A stretch of 57,023 nucleotides of DNA, filler included, from Platydemus manokwari (GCA_037951405.1; 5 parts of 5 records of this genome joined end to end with filler, not necessarily neighbours in it), one strand, 5' to 3'; counted from the whole stretch's first letter, positions 1-13,700 are shown. A program made the numbers and translations. Notes: generated by a model not told the origin, from the sequence alone.

Positions 1-2540
1 AATTATTACCATTCAAAATCTATAACCATTCTACAAAAGAAAGGCTACTCGGCTATCTCTAGCAACTCGTCAAACTCTCATTTCAGAACATCAAATGTAA
101 CTGCAATGTCTGCTTAAACCTTCTCTCGAAAGCATTGGATAGTCCCTTCAACTTAACAACTGACCAAATTGCACTACTGTCATCCGATCTACTATGCAAA
201 TCTCCAATCATCGGGGGCAAGGTCAAAAATAAAATGCGATCTCAGATTTCAGCCGAAAATTCAAGAGAAAGAACACCAACCCCTTCACATATGCACTCTA
301 CTTCTGTGCTCATACACCACTTGCTCCAAAACTGTCAATTCTGAGGTCAAAGAAAGGAAGAACTTCAAAACCTTTTTTTGCAATAAATTCAGTTACCAAA
401 CTTCAACAAAATACGTGCTTCTAATCACTCTCACAAGGCATATCTCAACCAATTAAAAAATTAGCTCAAACTCATCTTCACCCGCCATCAATTACCAATC
501 AATCAAACTCTCCTCCAGTCACAATACTCGTAGACAAAGAACAGCAAACTGATACCATACCATCCTCCATTACAACCAACCTTGAACAAGCACCCAATCA
601 CACTTCCATTTCATATCAAGTTGCTCCCCTGCACGATATGTCATTCATGTCTCTTATCGATGATCGTAATGCCCAGTGTAACTTATGCCAAAAGATCTAT
701 CGCTTTTCATTTACAAACTCATCAATTATCCTTAAGCATTTCCTACAAATTCACGATACCAATTGACCCCCTGAATGTGTTGTCCAATGTTACTGTGGTT
801 TCATCGGAGCACTAACACCCGTTTACCTGCATCTGAACCAGCACGAGACTGAAAACATACAATCAAACCAGTCAATTAAAAGCATTTCTTTAACCTTCGG
901 TCTCAAAGACTATCAAGCCCTTCAATCGAAGCCTATAAAACTGCCCAATTCCACTGACATCATTTTCATCAAATCGCAACTTGCAATCGCCATCATCAAC
1001 CAAGACTTCAAAACATTCTATCACTCTTCATTCGAGAAGTTTTCATCATGAAGAGTTGCGTCCTGGCTTATTCACTGGAATTGAAATCATTGGAACCTCT
1101 ACATCGCAGACTCGCTTAATTAAATTACATTCATTCAGCCACCTTCTTATTGAATGGACAAAAAAACTTTGTGGGCAAAGTTGGACAATCTCTTACAGAA
1201 TCTGCAGGCAGTAAAAGAAACCTTATCATTCCAAAAATTGTTAATAGTCAAAATTCCAAAGCAAATAAATTCAAATGACTGTGGGTTATTTGTCATTCAG
1301 TATGTTCTCGTCCATGCAACTGATTCTAATACATTTCATGCTGCAGTCCATCCACAGCTTCCGAGAAAATCAATCGAACTAATGCCAATATTCAATTCTT
1401 CCTCAAAGCATCAGTGAACCAGCTACAGTGCAAATGACGCATCAATTATTGTTGGAAGCTATCAAACTGCTAGAGATTGATTCTCCAGACCTCACAGAAA
1501 ACTATCTACAGCCAGAACAGCCTTGGCTGTCATCGAACCCTCTACAGTTGCCACGAAGAAACAAGGCAAACCTTCAGTATTACATTTCACCAGCCAAACA
1601 TCTTCATATTTGAAACTTCTCAATGAGCCCAAAAAATAATTAGAAATATTCTTTCGTCCTCAAAACCAACACCTCTGCCAACTTTGGAACGGATCCTAGC
1701 ACACTACATAATTCGAGCTACACCACTAATACTATCAGAATTCTCTTCTACTCTACTTCGGAACGAGGGTAACTCTAACCTCAAAGAAATCACAATGCAG
1801 AGATTGCAAACACATAAAAAATTGTCAAAATCATCAGCAAGTTCTGACGGCATAAAGTACAGAGATTGGAAGACTATAGATGCCGAGCATACTTTTCTGC
1901 TGGCTCTCTTCAACAAGATTCTTCGAACAAAAACAATAACAAATCAATGGGAATAATGCAATGGTAAACTCCTCCTTAAACTAGAAAAACACTCAACCTC
2001 ACACATTGTGTCCTCATAACACCGTAGAACTCTTCTGGACTCGATAGAAGCTGGAAATCTTCTCTGTCCCAATCAAAAGGCAATGTTCGCTTCTGACGAA
2101 TGTGCCGAACACAACGCCGACTTATTTGCCATATCTGAATACAAAATTAAACAGCATCAAAACTTGCACCTGTGCTGGAAAGATTTGAAAGAAGCTTTCC
2201 CAAGTATATCACATGACCTAATCTGGTATATTCTGGAGAAAATGGTATGAAACTTTTACTATGTTCAAATAATAAAAGAAAGAAATCCAGCACAAGAACT
2301 CCACCTATAGAAACCATCTATTCCCACTCACCGTGGTGCCAAACCAAGATGCCTACTACCTATGTACTTATTCTGCCTATCAATCAACTTCCTCATTAGG
2401 TCTTCTGCACAACTACCACATCCATTAACAATCTATCATAAGCAATTTTCCACCATAACATACACAAATGACATTGTCGTCTCTGGAGAAAATTTTGAAC
2501 AGAGATTCAATCGTCTCATCCACAATGCCGCTGACACCTT
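1..2540 (+). mobile_element. Degenerate non-LTR retrotransposon, R2/NeSL (RLE) group: decayed zinc finger, Ulp1-type protease and RT; truncated at the 3' end
   Basis: RT motifs occur in order through stops and frameshifts: SSASSDGIKYRDWK (~1830-1870), QKAMFASDECAEHN (~2075-2115), LCWKDLKEAFPSISHDLIW (~2170-2226), RGAKPRCLLPMYLFCLSIN (~2332-2388; GVKQGCPLSP-like) and TYTNDIVV (~2458-2481; YADD-like). A decayed C2H2-like FCNKFSYQTS...RH lies at ~375-442. The C/A-rich strand bias stops near 2540. Confidence 0.8.
1085..1320 (+). pseudogene. Ulp1/SENP (peptidase C48)-like domain of the retrotransposon ORF
   Basis: NHWNLYIAD (catalytic His, 1088-1090) and IPKQINSNDCGLFV (Gln/Cys motif QxNxxDCG) are in the same frame, separated by two in-frame stops (1121, 1151). 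Confidence 0.8.
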
Positions 2541-3363
2541 GTCATCGATACTTATTTGTGGTCAATTTTGATCGGCGACTTCTTGATTTCTGTAGACTTA
2601 AAAAACGTGAAAAATATCATTCATAGAAAGCAAGTGATTTCATTTTTAATGTTATCACCATTTTTATTGTCTTTAATATATAATACTATCTATATCTGTT
2701 TGGTCATAAAACTAAAGTTTCATTTGTTGCAGTAATAATTTAAAATAAATATTCCATCTTTATTTTTTCGATATGATAGTAATCGAGATTGATCAATTAC
2801 TGTGTTGGTGATAACTAATTAATATGTCATCATTTGGATTAAAATTCAGAATTATCATTAAAATAGTTTGCTTTCCAACTTTCAGACTCACACAGTGTTT
2901 GCTGTCGCGATTCAATGAATAATCATCAAAATGTTCTTTAAATAGAATGTTTACTTAAAACTAAAATAAGTATGTAACCATTTTTATAAAATATTTTGCA
3001 TATTAAAGAGACATACAATGCTTAATAAATTAGTAAAATCTTAAGTCAAAAATAATCTTTTTCAAAAAGTGAAAAATATTATTATGGTGAACAATTTAAA
3101 TATGTATTTATAAATTTAATAAATTATAAAATGAAGATTTATCGATTTAAGGCCGATTAGATAAATCCAATATAAATGTAATTATTAATTTTGTAATATT
3201 TCTATAAGTCGTTTTTTCTTAAAAATATTGTTTTATATATTCCTCAATTATGATTTGATGGATTTTAATCGATGGAGTTGTTTGATTGGATGTTTATCAA
3301 TATTTATAGTTTTTATTATTATCACAATTAATATTACAACTGTTATTATAACTCGATCATTAA

Positions 3364-3603
3364 ATGCATTTCCGAAAAGCCATTTTAATTATTATGCAAT
3401 TGGTTTTAATTTCTCAAATAGATGGATATCTAATGAAAGGACAAACTGATAAATCTAACTTCTTTTATAGATTCTTAAGAAGAATTTTTGGAAACTCTGT
3501 TGAAAGAACATATTTCCAACCTCCAATTTATCCGGAAAAGATTGAAGTTAAACAAATCTTGAAACCAACTGATAGTCCTGGAAATTCCATACGGTATGGA
3601 TAA
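3364..3603 (+). CDS. Secreted neuropeptide prohormone, C-terminal RY-amide (NKY-like candidate), 79 aa, single exon
   Basis: Signal-peptide-like MHFRKAILIIMQLVLISQIDG, a dibasic RR site, then a 38-aa peptide ending SPGNSIRY followed by Gly-stop (amidation donor). AATAAA lies 8 nt after the stop. Confidence 0.75.
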   Translation: MHFRKAILIIMQLVLISQIDGYLMKGQTDKSNFFYRFLRRIFGNSVERTYFQPPIYPEKIEVKQILKPTDSPGNSIRYG

Positions 3604-3611
3604 TGAGGAAC

Positions 3612-3617
3612 AATAAA
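3612..3617 (+). promoter_or_regulatory. Candidate polyadenylation signal of the prohormone gene
   Basis: AATAAA just after the stop, followed by T/G-rich sequence. The hexamer is common in this AT-rich background. Confidence 0.35.
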
Positions 3618-6252
3618 AATTAAACTTGTTGAATTATGTAAATAAAAATGTTTGTTTATTATATTTTTTATCAATATTGTATGTTAATTATATCATTTAT
3701 GTTGTTTTGACTTCTTTCTGTCATTAAATCTAGTATTCAAGTGATTTTCAAATATAAAATCTTTATTCACTTATTAAATCAAAATATTAAAATAAAATAA
3801 AGAAAATATTCAAATTAAAAATATCTTGAAATTTAAATCAAAATGTAACAAAAGTTTTGATGTAAATGAAATATTTAAAAATCATAACATTTCAAAAGTT
3901 ATCATTGTTTGATTATTTTAAAATAGAAAATTACATTGATAACTCAAAAATGAATAATCTGATCAATTGAATTTCAGATATTTTAAAGAATTGCTTATTA
4001 TGTGTTAACCCATTGATAAACAGTAAATTAATGAACAGTAAAATTTAAAATATAACTAAACCTTAAACAGTCATATTCAAACTTTATGAGTTGTGCGATC
4101 TACATCGATATAATATCACGTTCATTAAGATAAATAATGTGATAGATTCTATAAATGAATTCAATCAAAACATAATTCAGTAGTTATAATAAATAACACT
4201 AAATCTTGAATCTTAATGAAATCTTAATTATGAAATACCTTTTGGAAACTTATTCATATCTTAAATGTACAAAATAACGGTTATATAATATTATTGAAAA
4301 TCATCGATTGCGGTATCTTAGAACATGATATTTTTCAGTTCAATTCAATTAAGGTAAAAGACTATTCATCCAAGATACATCAGTGAATAGATTAACTCCC
4401 AAATCGGATAAGGTGAATGTGATCTAAAAAGCTAGATGGGAAAACCCGATTATTTACTTAATTTCCCATGAATTAAAAAAATATGTAAAAGTAATGATTT
4501 ATTTATGGTTGCGTCAGCTAAATATAAACAAAGTCGCTCATGAAGAAATGAAGATCAATCAAAAAATTAACGTATATCAATGATTGGTAACTGGTTCGTC
4601 TGTGCGTGTCATTATTAATTCTAAATAGGCTATCAGTTCTAATCAATTTTTATTGTAAGGAAAATGATGAAGTATAAAAAGTGGACATAGAAAAATAAAA
4701 ATGCGAATTTCACAATATAGAACTCTTGAAATTTGCGATTTTAATCAATAACAATTGTCTCATAAGAAAATCTATAACCAAATGGTGAAGGTAAATAGAA
4801 AAGTTATAAAATTGTAATGGAATAATAATCAATTAATTAGTCATGTATCAAAGAACTACAGCATTTACCATAATCAAATATAACAATAATAGGCCAGTAT
4901 ATAGAATAAATAAATATTTATGTTGGTCATTACAAATTACTATGACAGTCTCACCCATGATTTTTATTTGTGTTCGGATTAAGGAACAATTAGCGTTTCA
5001 TTTTCATTATTAATCGAAATGAATGCTCAATTTTAAATGCATTACAGACGGAAACTGTTTGACAAAAGATATTACGTAAACTGTACACTTGTCACCTTCA
5101 ATTTAGAATGAATTCTTTATTAAAATTTACCAATAAATATTCTATGGTATGATTTTCTCATAAAAAATTGAAAAACAAAGAATAAATTTCAATTCAAATA
5201 ATGAAAATATTATTGAGAACATTCTGACAATCTATTCAGTCGACCAATAGTTATCCGCTTATTGAAATTGGTGATAATTATAAATCAATTCAATTATGAT
5301 TAGATTTTATCGAAGACTGTTCTTTGAATATATTTTTTTAAAATGTTATAGAAGAAAACACTTGAAATTAAAAAAATTATTTTTGAAAGACCGTGTCTGC
5401 CATATCATTAACTTATTTCAAGAATTGTAAAATGACAAGATTTCTTCACGAAAATAAATTCATGAGAATGAAACTGATTGAAAGAAAATATTTAAAAATT
5501 TTCACATCAACTTATAAATTATATATCTAATATAAATTATAATGCAATTATGTGATTTCAAGTGTTCAAGTAATTTTCAGTCTTTAATGGTAAAGCTGGT
5601 GAAAACAATTGAAGAAATTTGATGATCTATCTATTCAATTATAAGGTTGAGATATAGATGAGTTAATTCCACCAATATCTGATTCTTAACAATATCGAAG
5701 CGCAGTTGTGGAAATTAATTTCGAAAAGAGGTTTGAGTAGCAAAAGATTTAGCGTTAATTTTGGATCGACTTATACCTTTTGGTGACGGTTGTCATAGTG
5801 GGAGAAAAAACCAAAGTATTTCAAAAATTCACAGTTAAAAATGAACAGAATATTGTAGGTGAAAAAAAATCCATGACTGTTAGTTTATTTGAGCAACGGA
5901 AGACAATGATTGATGAAAAAGAATAGGCGATATATATATATATATATATGCTAATCGAAAATTAACGTGACAAAGAGAAATTGACTCACAGAACATGGAA
6001 GCGATGTGGCAAACTAAAAGAAGGTTGGAGGAGCTGAAAAAGTAATAATGGGTTGGAGCGGATGAGAAACCACAAATTTTACAGTAGCTGGAAGGCATTG
6101 AGTGTCTATCTAGTTACCTACCAAACCAAAAGTTATTTCAAATCTCAATCAAAATCACGATGTAAAAACCTCAATCCAATCCAAATTGTTAATGATTATT
6201 ATTTTAAACTTTTCATTGAAATTTGATTAGTTTGATTATTGATACTTAGGTA

Positions 6253-6742
6253 TGTTACTATGTATAGTGTCTCTAATTAATAAAATAATAACTGAAGATA
6301 ACAATATTTTACAGAAAACAAAATACTCAATATAACTACGGACGGAAATCGCATTATCAAAAGTCAAATGAATAATCAACGCATGAATAATCAGCTCTGA
6401 AAGTTAAACAACGACCAAGATAACAACCATAAACACTCGTTATTAGAAAATCACGTAAGTGTCACAGAGATACTAAGTTAACGACCAAAAAGAATGACTT
6501 ATGTTCTTTGAGATCCAACTCCTTTTATAGACTTATCATGTGTGTTCACTTGATTTCTAAAGAACTTGCTTTCCGTTCTATAGAGCCGTTTACAGGTCAT
6601 ATTCTCAGTAAATTTTCTATTATCTCTATGATGAATTTCAATGTTTGTTGTTATTGTTGGTATGTCGCAATTGATTTCGCTTGATAATTTAAAAATACAA
6701 AAACGAAAAAATAAATAATATAATTAACGGTACAATGTAACA
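6253..6742. mobile_element. Possible solo LTR
   Basis: Bounded by TGTTAC...GTAACA. The internal part (~6475-6680) is visibly similar to ~35065-35270. No clean target-site duplication. Confidence 0.3.
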
Positions 6743-8604
6743 ATGAAAAGAATTGAATTTTAATAAATCTACATAAATCAACATTCATTACGCATTAAAT
6801 ATGGTTCATATTTTTAACTTAGTTTTTATAATTTTACAATGAATTCATTTAAATTATCTTAAAACCCTTAAATTCATATTTTCCTCTTTATTTTTATAAA
6901 TCGAGAAAGTGCGCCGGTTATTAAGAATCACACTAAGTTTGTTGTTTACTAATCTTGCAGAATAGTTGCTTTAACAATAGCTAGTAATGTTGTTTTATCA
7001 TAGATATATAAAATTGTACACTTAATCAATTTTGTTTTCATTTATATGATTAATTATTATGAAATATTATTCCTATCATATTTTAAAGAGTTTATCGACA
7101 CTAAATTATAAGGTCATTTAGTTATTGCAATAAAATAATTGTTTGGACTTATAAATAGTAATTTAAAAATTATTGGAACTTTTGTCATTAACAGACTTTT
7201 AGTCGTCAAGTTATCCTTGTATTAACCAAACGTATTAAAAAAATCATCTTATTAAATAGAAAACCGAATTATACAGTACTTTAAGATTAAGTTGTCTAAA
7301 TTATGTATCATTAATGAAACTAGGATCAAAAACCAATATATTTAATATTCAAACGTACTATTGAAATAGAAAAATTCATTTACAAATGCTTCCAGATAAA
7401 ATTGATGATCTTCATGATTTAAGTAGAAATAGATAGTTTCATGTATCTTATGTTTAATGTAACAGTGGAATTATTATCATTTCTAGATTTGATAATGGAA
7501 TAATTAATTTTCAAAAATGTCTAATGAGTTTTTTGTATGGTCAACGAATTATTATTATTAATTTAAGAAACATAATTGACTTAAAATTATTTATTCATAA
7601 GACTTAATTATTCAAAAAAGTACAACTCATTTTTCTAAGCAGATTGATTATACACAATTTGTATACCATTGTTAATCTGGTTTACAAATTCGCACTGTTT
7701 TTCATCAAAATAATTTTCAATTAACGAATTTTATATTGGTGATGTTTTTAAGTGTCTGAAAATTTAATTTATTAACGAACATAATGTTGTAATTCGACTG
7801 CAACTGGCATATGATCAGACATAATAAGATTCAAGATATTCCAACAACTACTTGCTGTACAACTATGTCAGAGTTTATTAACTCAGTACCCGGTGCTTTG
7901 TGAAATTTATCAAATTTTACCATGTAAGTAACTCATGAATAATATTTTTCCGTATTTACCAAGTGTGATTCATCTTAACAATGGTTGGCTATTCATAATT
8001 TATGAAAATCTTTAATCAATTATATTTTAATATTTATAACCTTAATCCATATTATAATTTTTATTTGGTCATGTTGTAAAAAGGCTAAATGGATATGTAT
8101 GTATAATGAAATAGGAGAAACCATTACAGTTATTATAATTACTCTTGGTTTTGTCTCCCAATTGAATGGTTATCTTATGGAAAATCAAAATAATAAATTT
8201 AAATATTTTTAAGATTATTAAGAAGCATTTTAAGGAAGTCCCAAACTACTTTGAACTACGAATATATTCTCAAAATATTGACGATCATTATATTTTTAAA
8301 CTTACTCAACATCTGGGAATTCAATCGTATGTGATTGAAAACAAATTAATGATACTGTTTTATAATCATACTAATTTATGTAATCATAGTTTTGTGTAAT
8401 GATATATATGTCAAGTATCATTTATATTTCAAGAAATATAAAAATATTGACCCTTTTATTGTGAAATTAAATATATAGTTCGAAAATAATTTTTGTATAG
8501 CCATGCAGAAAAGACAAATATTTAAAATTCATGATATGTTATTACAAATTTCAAATAAAATTATTTAAATTATTGTTTAATTATTATTAAATAATTCTAT
8601 TAAA

Positions 8605-10730
8605 CTATTAATTACATGGAATCTCCCAACAATACGAGATCAAGAAGATCTATGGAGGCTATTGTGTCAAAAATTCTACAACGTTTCTTGAGGAAAACCC
8701 ACAGTACGTGGTTATTATTTAATACCAGGAAATTGTTTTGTTGTGGTGAGCTTGGACACTGGAAGTTTGAACGCGAAAAATAAATTATATTCATGCAGAT
8801 AATGTCATTTAGCCAGAAAGTCTAGTTATAATAGTTCGAGCAAAATACTGTACATCCAGGACCAAGAAGATGGAACAGATATTCAAACAGAAATTGAAGC
8901 AAGTGATTATGTTAGCTCACTCTCCATGAATTAGAAAAAACTGGCATAAACCTCCTGTGCCTGTCTCGTCAGTAGAATAGAAGTAAAGAAGAAAGACCGC
9001 AAGAGGAAGAAGATCCATTCACAAATGTATCAGAAAGCAAATGGTAGACAGTGGAATAAAATTGAGTACAACACTACACATATTGAAATTTTATGGACTT
9101 CTGACGCATCGATAACAGTAATGAATGAGAACAATTAGAAGCGCGTTGGAGAGCAGCAGATTAAAAATTTTGATGTTTGATTGGCTGGTATATTCTCCAA
9201 TACACACAAATTCTGTCTAAAGAGAATAACGATCCTAGTACTTAGGAACTATAAAATTCTACTAAAGGAGATCATTGCAGTAAGAGAAATTTCATCAGGA
9301 TTTATCGGAGGAGTTGAAACGTTGAAGACTTGTGGAATATTCCTTGCGGAGATAGAATTAATTGATGCTAAGGATGTGGAAAAGTATTGATGATAAGAAT
9401 GATATTTCATTGAATAGGTGTGTAAAAGGTGTATAAATTTGTATTGAGACTCGGTTCGATTTGGGACTAATAGATTTAGTCACGCACGAGTTCCGAACAA
9501 AGTGGGGACCTATTGAGCAAAAAACCCCAGAATGCAACCAATAAATTTAGAAACCAAAATTCAAGAATTGATAGAAAATCTTCTTGAAAGTAATGTCATA
9601 ACGCCTTGCAAAAGCCCTTAGAACTAATCTTTGGTCATGGTTCCTAAGAAAGATGAATCTATCAGGATGTGCCTAGAGTTTAGAAAATTAAACAAACAGA
9701 CTGAGAAGTTTTCTTTTCCGTTTCCTGATATCCAAATGTTATTGGACTTGGTGTATGGATCGCAGGTTTCTCCACGATAGATTTAGGCCAAACATATTAT
9801 CAGGTCGAAATTGTGGAAGATTATAAGTTGATAACGGTGTTCAGAACTAGAACTAGGAAGTTCTATTTTAACAACTAACATTTGGACTATGTACTGCAAC
9901 GTTTGAGAGCCTAATGATTACGATTTTCAATAATTACGATCTTCAATCTTCCTAGGATTATGCAATTATTACAGACGATTTATCAAAGACTGCGCACTAA
10001 TTACGACTTCGTTATATGGAGTGGACTACAGAATGTGAGGAAAGTTTGAGAACCTAAAAGAATAATTATGCACAGCTCTAAGTTTGGCCTTTCTGGTTGA
10101 TTATAGATGATTTTAAACACCAACGCTAGTTTCGAAGCGATTAGCCACGATTTCAGCCAGTTGGTTGATACTAGAAAAGAGATGGTAATAGCTTATACTT
10201 CTAGAAATCTCAACAATGATAAAACAGGTTATTGCGTCACGAGAACGGAGCTTTTGGCAATCCACGAGTTCACTATGCATTTTAATCATTATCTGCAGGG
10301 AAAGAAATTTGTAACTCCCACTGATCACAAGGCCTTGACATATATGAAGAAAACTAACAACCGATTAGCCCTAAATTTCAAAGATGGTTTGTAAGCTTAT
10401 TCGTATTCAATTTCTTAACTTTAATATCGGAAGGGATCAGATAAAGGAAATACGGATGGACTCTTAAGTATAGGTGAAGCATTTTGTTCACAGTGTTTAA
10501 CTCAGCACCAAGGGCCTAAAGAAAACAAGCCAAAAAGGTCTGTTTATTAATGTTGTCGAGTATTCAATTGCAAATAATGACGAACTAAGAAAAATTCAAC
10601 AAGATGTTGTCATTGGTTCCATTCGAAAATTGTTACAGAAAACGGAAACAGAAGTTAATTCAGTCGACAAGAAAAGAAAATATTTTAACAGTTTAGAGAA
10701 ATACGAATTGTTTGACGATATGGCGGTGTA
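8605..10730 (+). mobile_element. Degenerate Ty3/Gypsy internal fragment (gag knuckle, protease, partial RT, RNase H)
   Basis: RKLFCCGELGHWKF knuckle (~8727), LWTSDASITVMN protease (~9091), IRMCLEFRKLNKQTEKFSFP and STIDLGQTYYQV RT motifs (~9660-9810), RNase H VIAYTSRNL...YCVTRTELLAI...TDHKAL (10107-10394). Many stops and frameshifts. Confidence 0.85.
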
Positions 10731-13700
10731 AAATGATTGTTGGGGTTTTGCAAAAATTAACAATTATAACAATATTATGGCAGAATTGACAATTTTGAAT
10801 GTATAAAGTATTACATGTATAATTTTTATAATTAGTTTGTAACTAAATTCATAATGTTTTCAGCAATAAAAATGTAGCGTTTATTGACACCTGATGTCAA
10901 TAAATTATTAATCGAAATGCTGAAAATGTTAAAATAGTTGTCGAGCACGGAGAAACTATTTTTTTATTTTTTTAATACATCGCATTGTAGTGATATGGTT
11001 TAATTTATTTTTCTATTTATGTTTAATATATCGCATTGTAACGATATAGTTTAATGTATCAATTTTATAATCGCATTGAAGAGATAAGTTTGTTACGTTC
11101 AGGAAGATTATAACTCAATATTATATTACGTAATAACATATATTTTAATATCTATCTTTTTTCGGTAAATTTAAAAGAAAATATATTTAATAATTTAAAA
11201 TGATAATAATTTCATGTCAAACAAAAACAATAGGAAATTTTAAATAATTCTTTTAAATAATTAATAAGGGACGTTTTTTCTAAAAATGGGATTTCAGTCC
11301 AAATATTCCATTAGGGATTCAATTTCAAGTTATCAAACAAATCATCCAGTATTCATTCGAGCCTCCGGCAATAATTATTGTTTCTCGTGCAGTACCAATA
11401 TTGTTCAAATGGTAAAAATTAGTTATTGTTTCGAACACTCGATATCATTCTCCGAAAGGAGATTTGTTATCAGTGAACATTAATTCCTCACAAAATCGTA
11501 ACAGAGTTTGTGAGTTTAAAATCACTGTTCCTTTAGTTTTCATACCGCAGTGGGGCGCCACTTAGTTCCCTCCGGCGGTTGTTATTTACTGATAAATCCT
11601 CAGAGCACAACAACTTCCTAACTTTAAAGCATCACACATTTGTTAATATTTACTATAATAAAGTATTGTTATCATATTATTGTTATTTTTATTCATATTA
11701 TTATATAACTCTCTACACACAACCTATTAATCTGTGAAGTCTCAGATATTGGTGGAAACACCAATCTCGAACCCACACCGTCTCACTTAAATACATAGTA
11801 ATTATCGGTTGAAAAATCGTTGATTTACTATTAAATAATCACCAACAAGTTTCCATCAATATTATCAAAAATGAATTGACACCAAAATTTGAAATAATTA
11901 TAATCTATTGATTAATTTGTGAAAATAATAATTTTAATACTTTATAATATAATAAATAATAATGTTTGACTCCATGACATGATTGTAAAAATAAACAAAA
12001 ATACGAATAAATTGGAAAACAAAAATGCAGAAAACAAACGTAGACGTGTAAATCAGGTAAACAAAAATGAAAAATTGAACTGAAATTTCGTGGTTTCATG
12101 TATTTATGAAATGCGGTAGGCCACACATCTAAACAAGAAAATTAATCACGCTACCATATTTTAATAGATTAATCTAATTTACTAAAATTTGACCAAGAAA
12201 CATTTATTGTTGATTTGTCAATATTATCTAAAAATTTAGTCGAAGCCCAAGTAATTGATTTATCATATTTTCTTCTAGTAACCTATTTTTGGAGTACAGC
12301 CCAAATACAAATAGCTCAGTATAAATATAAATCTCGAATTCATTCATAGTCTCCCATCTTCTAATCCCTTATTCAAACCCAGACCCACTATCCCTCAATG
12401 TGCCATGCCGAATCAACAGCGAAATTTAAATTTGACAATTATCAAAATTGTGGTATGATCAATTGAACATTTAACATTTGATTACGAGATCAATTTAATA
12501 TTTGATTTTTTGACATTTAATCACGATTGATTTTTGCAATAGATTTCCTATTATCGAAAAATTATTGTATATTTAATTAGATCATATATTTTTTTATTTA
12601 TGTACAAAAGAGATTGGAATTAATTGAAATGTAATGGCATAAGAAAGAAATAAATTTAAAGAAACAATAAATATAGAAAAATTAAGATATTGCGAAACAA
12701 ATAATACATAATAAGGCTCCAAAAATGCTAAAAATTATAATCAGAAAAAGAAGATTTACATAATTTAAGGCCGACAAATACGGCCACACGCGTAGCCTAT
12801 GCGTTAACAAGAGTATAAATAACTGAACCAAACATCAAAACCTCACACAAGATTTCGGACATAGTTTCTACTTTGAACTATAATTACCAATTTACAAATC
12901 ACAATTTCCGATAGTCGACACTCGACATAATTATTGATTGATAATCAATTCGGAGCAACATACATTGTATCTGCAAAAATTTATTTTTGATCGAGATTTC
13001 GATAATCAATTTGAAAGAACCTATATTTTATTCTCAAAGATGTAATCTTGATTGAGATTCACAAAATTTGAGGACAATTAATTTCTAACATGAGCGTATT
13101 GAAACAGCGAGATTATTAGGTATTTATAATCGTTATTTTATGCATCAATATCCCATAATCATTTATATAAATTTTAATATTACCATTACATTTTAATGAG
13201 AATTAAAATATTCCTATCTTCTCAGTTCGCTTGAACTCCCAATAATTCACTTTTATGAGGCATCGGACATTGAATTTATTGTTGTGTTATCTTTTATTGT
13301 TCGAAATATCCATATTTTCGTTTTCAAAAATAAGAAATTATAAATAGTAATTGCATAGTTATTCAACGATCAAAATATGGCCTAAATAACCATCGAGTTA
13401 TTAATAAAATCTTATTTAGACAAGTTGTAATTGTTCAGATTCAATTCTTGACCATTATATTAAATTTTAAATTAACACATTTAGATAATTGTTGTCTACA
13501 GTGTGGTCTTCTAAGCCCAACAAGAACCAAAACCCTAACATATTCAATACTATTTAAATATACGGTCCTAAATTACAAAAGAAATATAACCAACCACTTA
13601 ATGAAAGACGCGAAAGTCTGGGCAATATTGAAACTACATAATTAATAATTAGAAATAAAAGAAACTGTATAGGTCATTGTGTGCGGTTGAAGTGTCTTCT

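Noticed and set aside
3403-3470. Possible intron in the prohormone (CTAAC branch-like motif plus TTTTATAG acceptor)
   Set aside because: No GT donor in a compatible phase exists in either upstream frame, and the unspliced ORF is already coherent.
7770-7990. SDHMPVAVEL on the minus strand, like an APE endonuclease C-terminus
   Set aside because: Only one short motif, with no other endonuclease or RT motifs recognisable nearby.
10979-11091. Three ATCGCATTG...GATA..GTTT repeats with spacers, superficially CRISPR-like
   Set aside because: Degenerate, unevenly spaced, low-complexity spacers, eukaryotic context and no cas genes.
12780-12815. GC-rich hairpin ACGCGTAG-C-CTATGCGT as a Helitron 3' end
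   Set aside because: No CTAG terminus follows and no other Helitron evidence is present.
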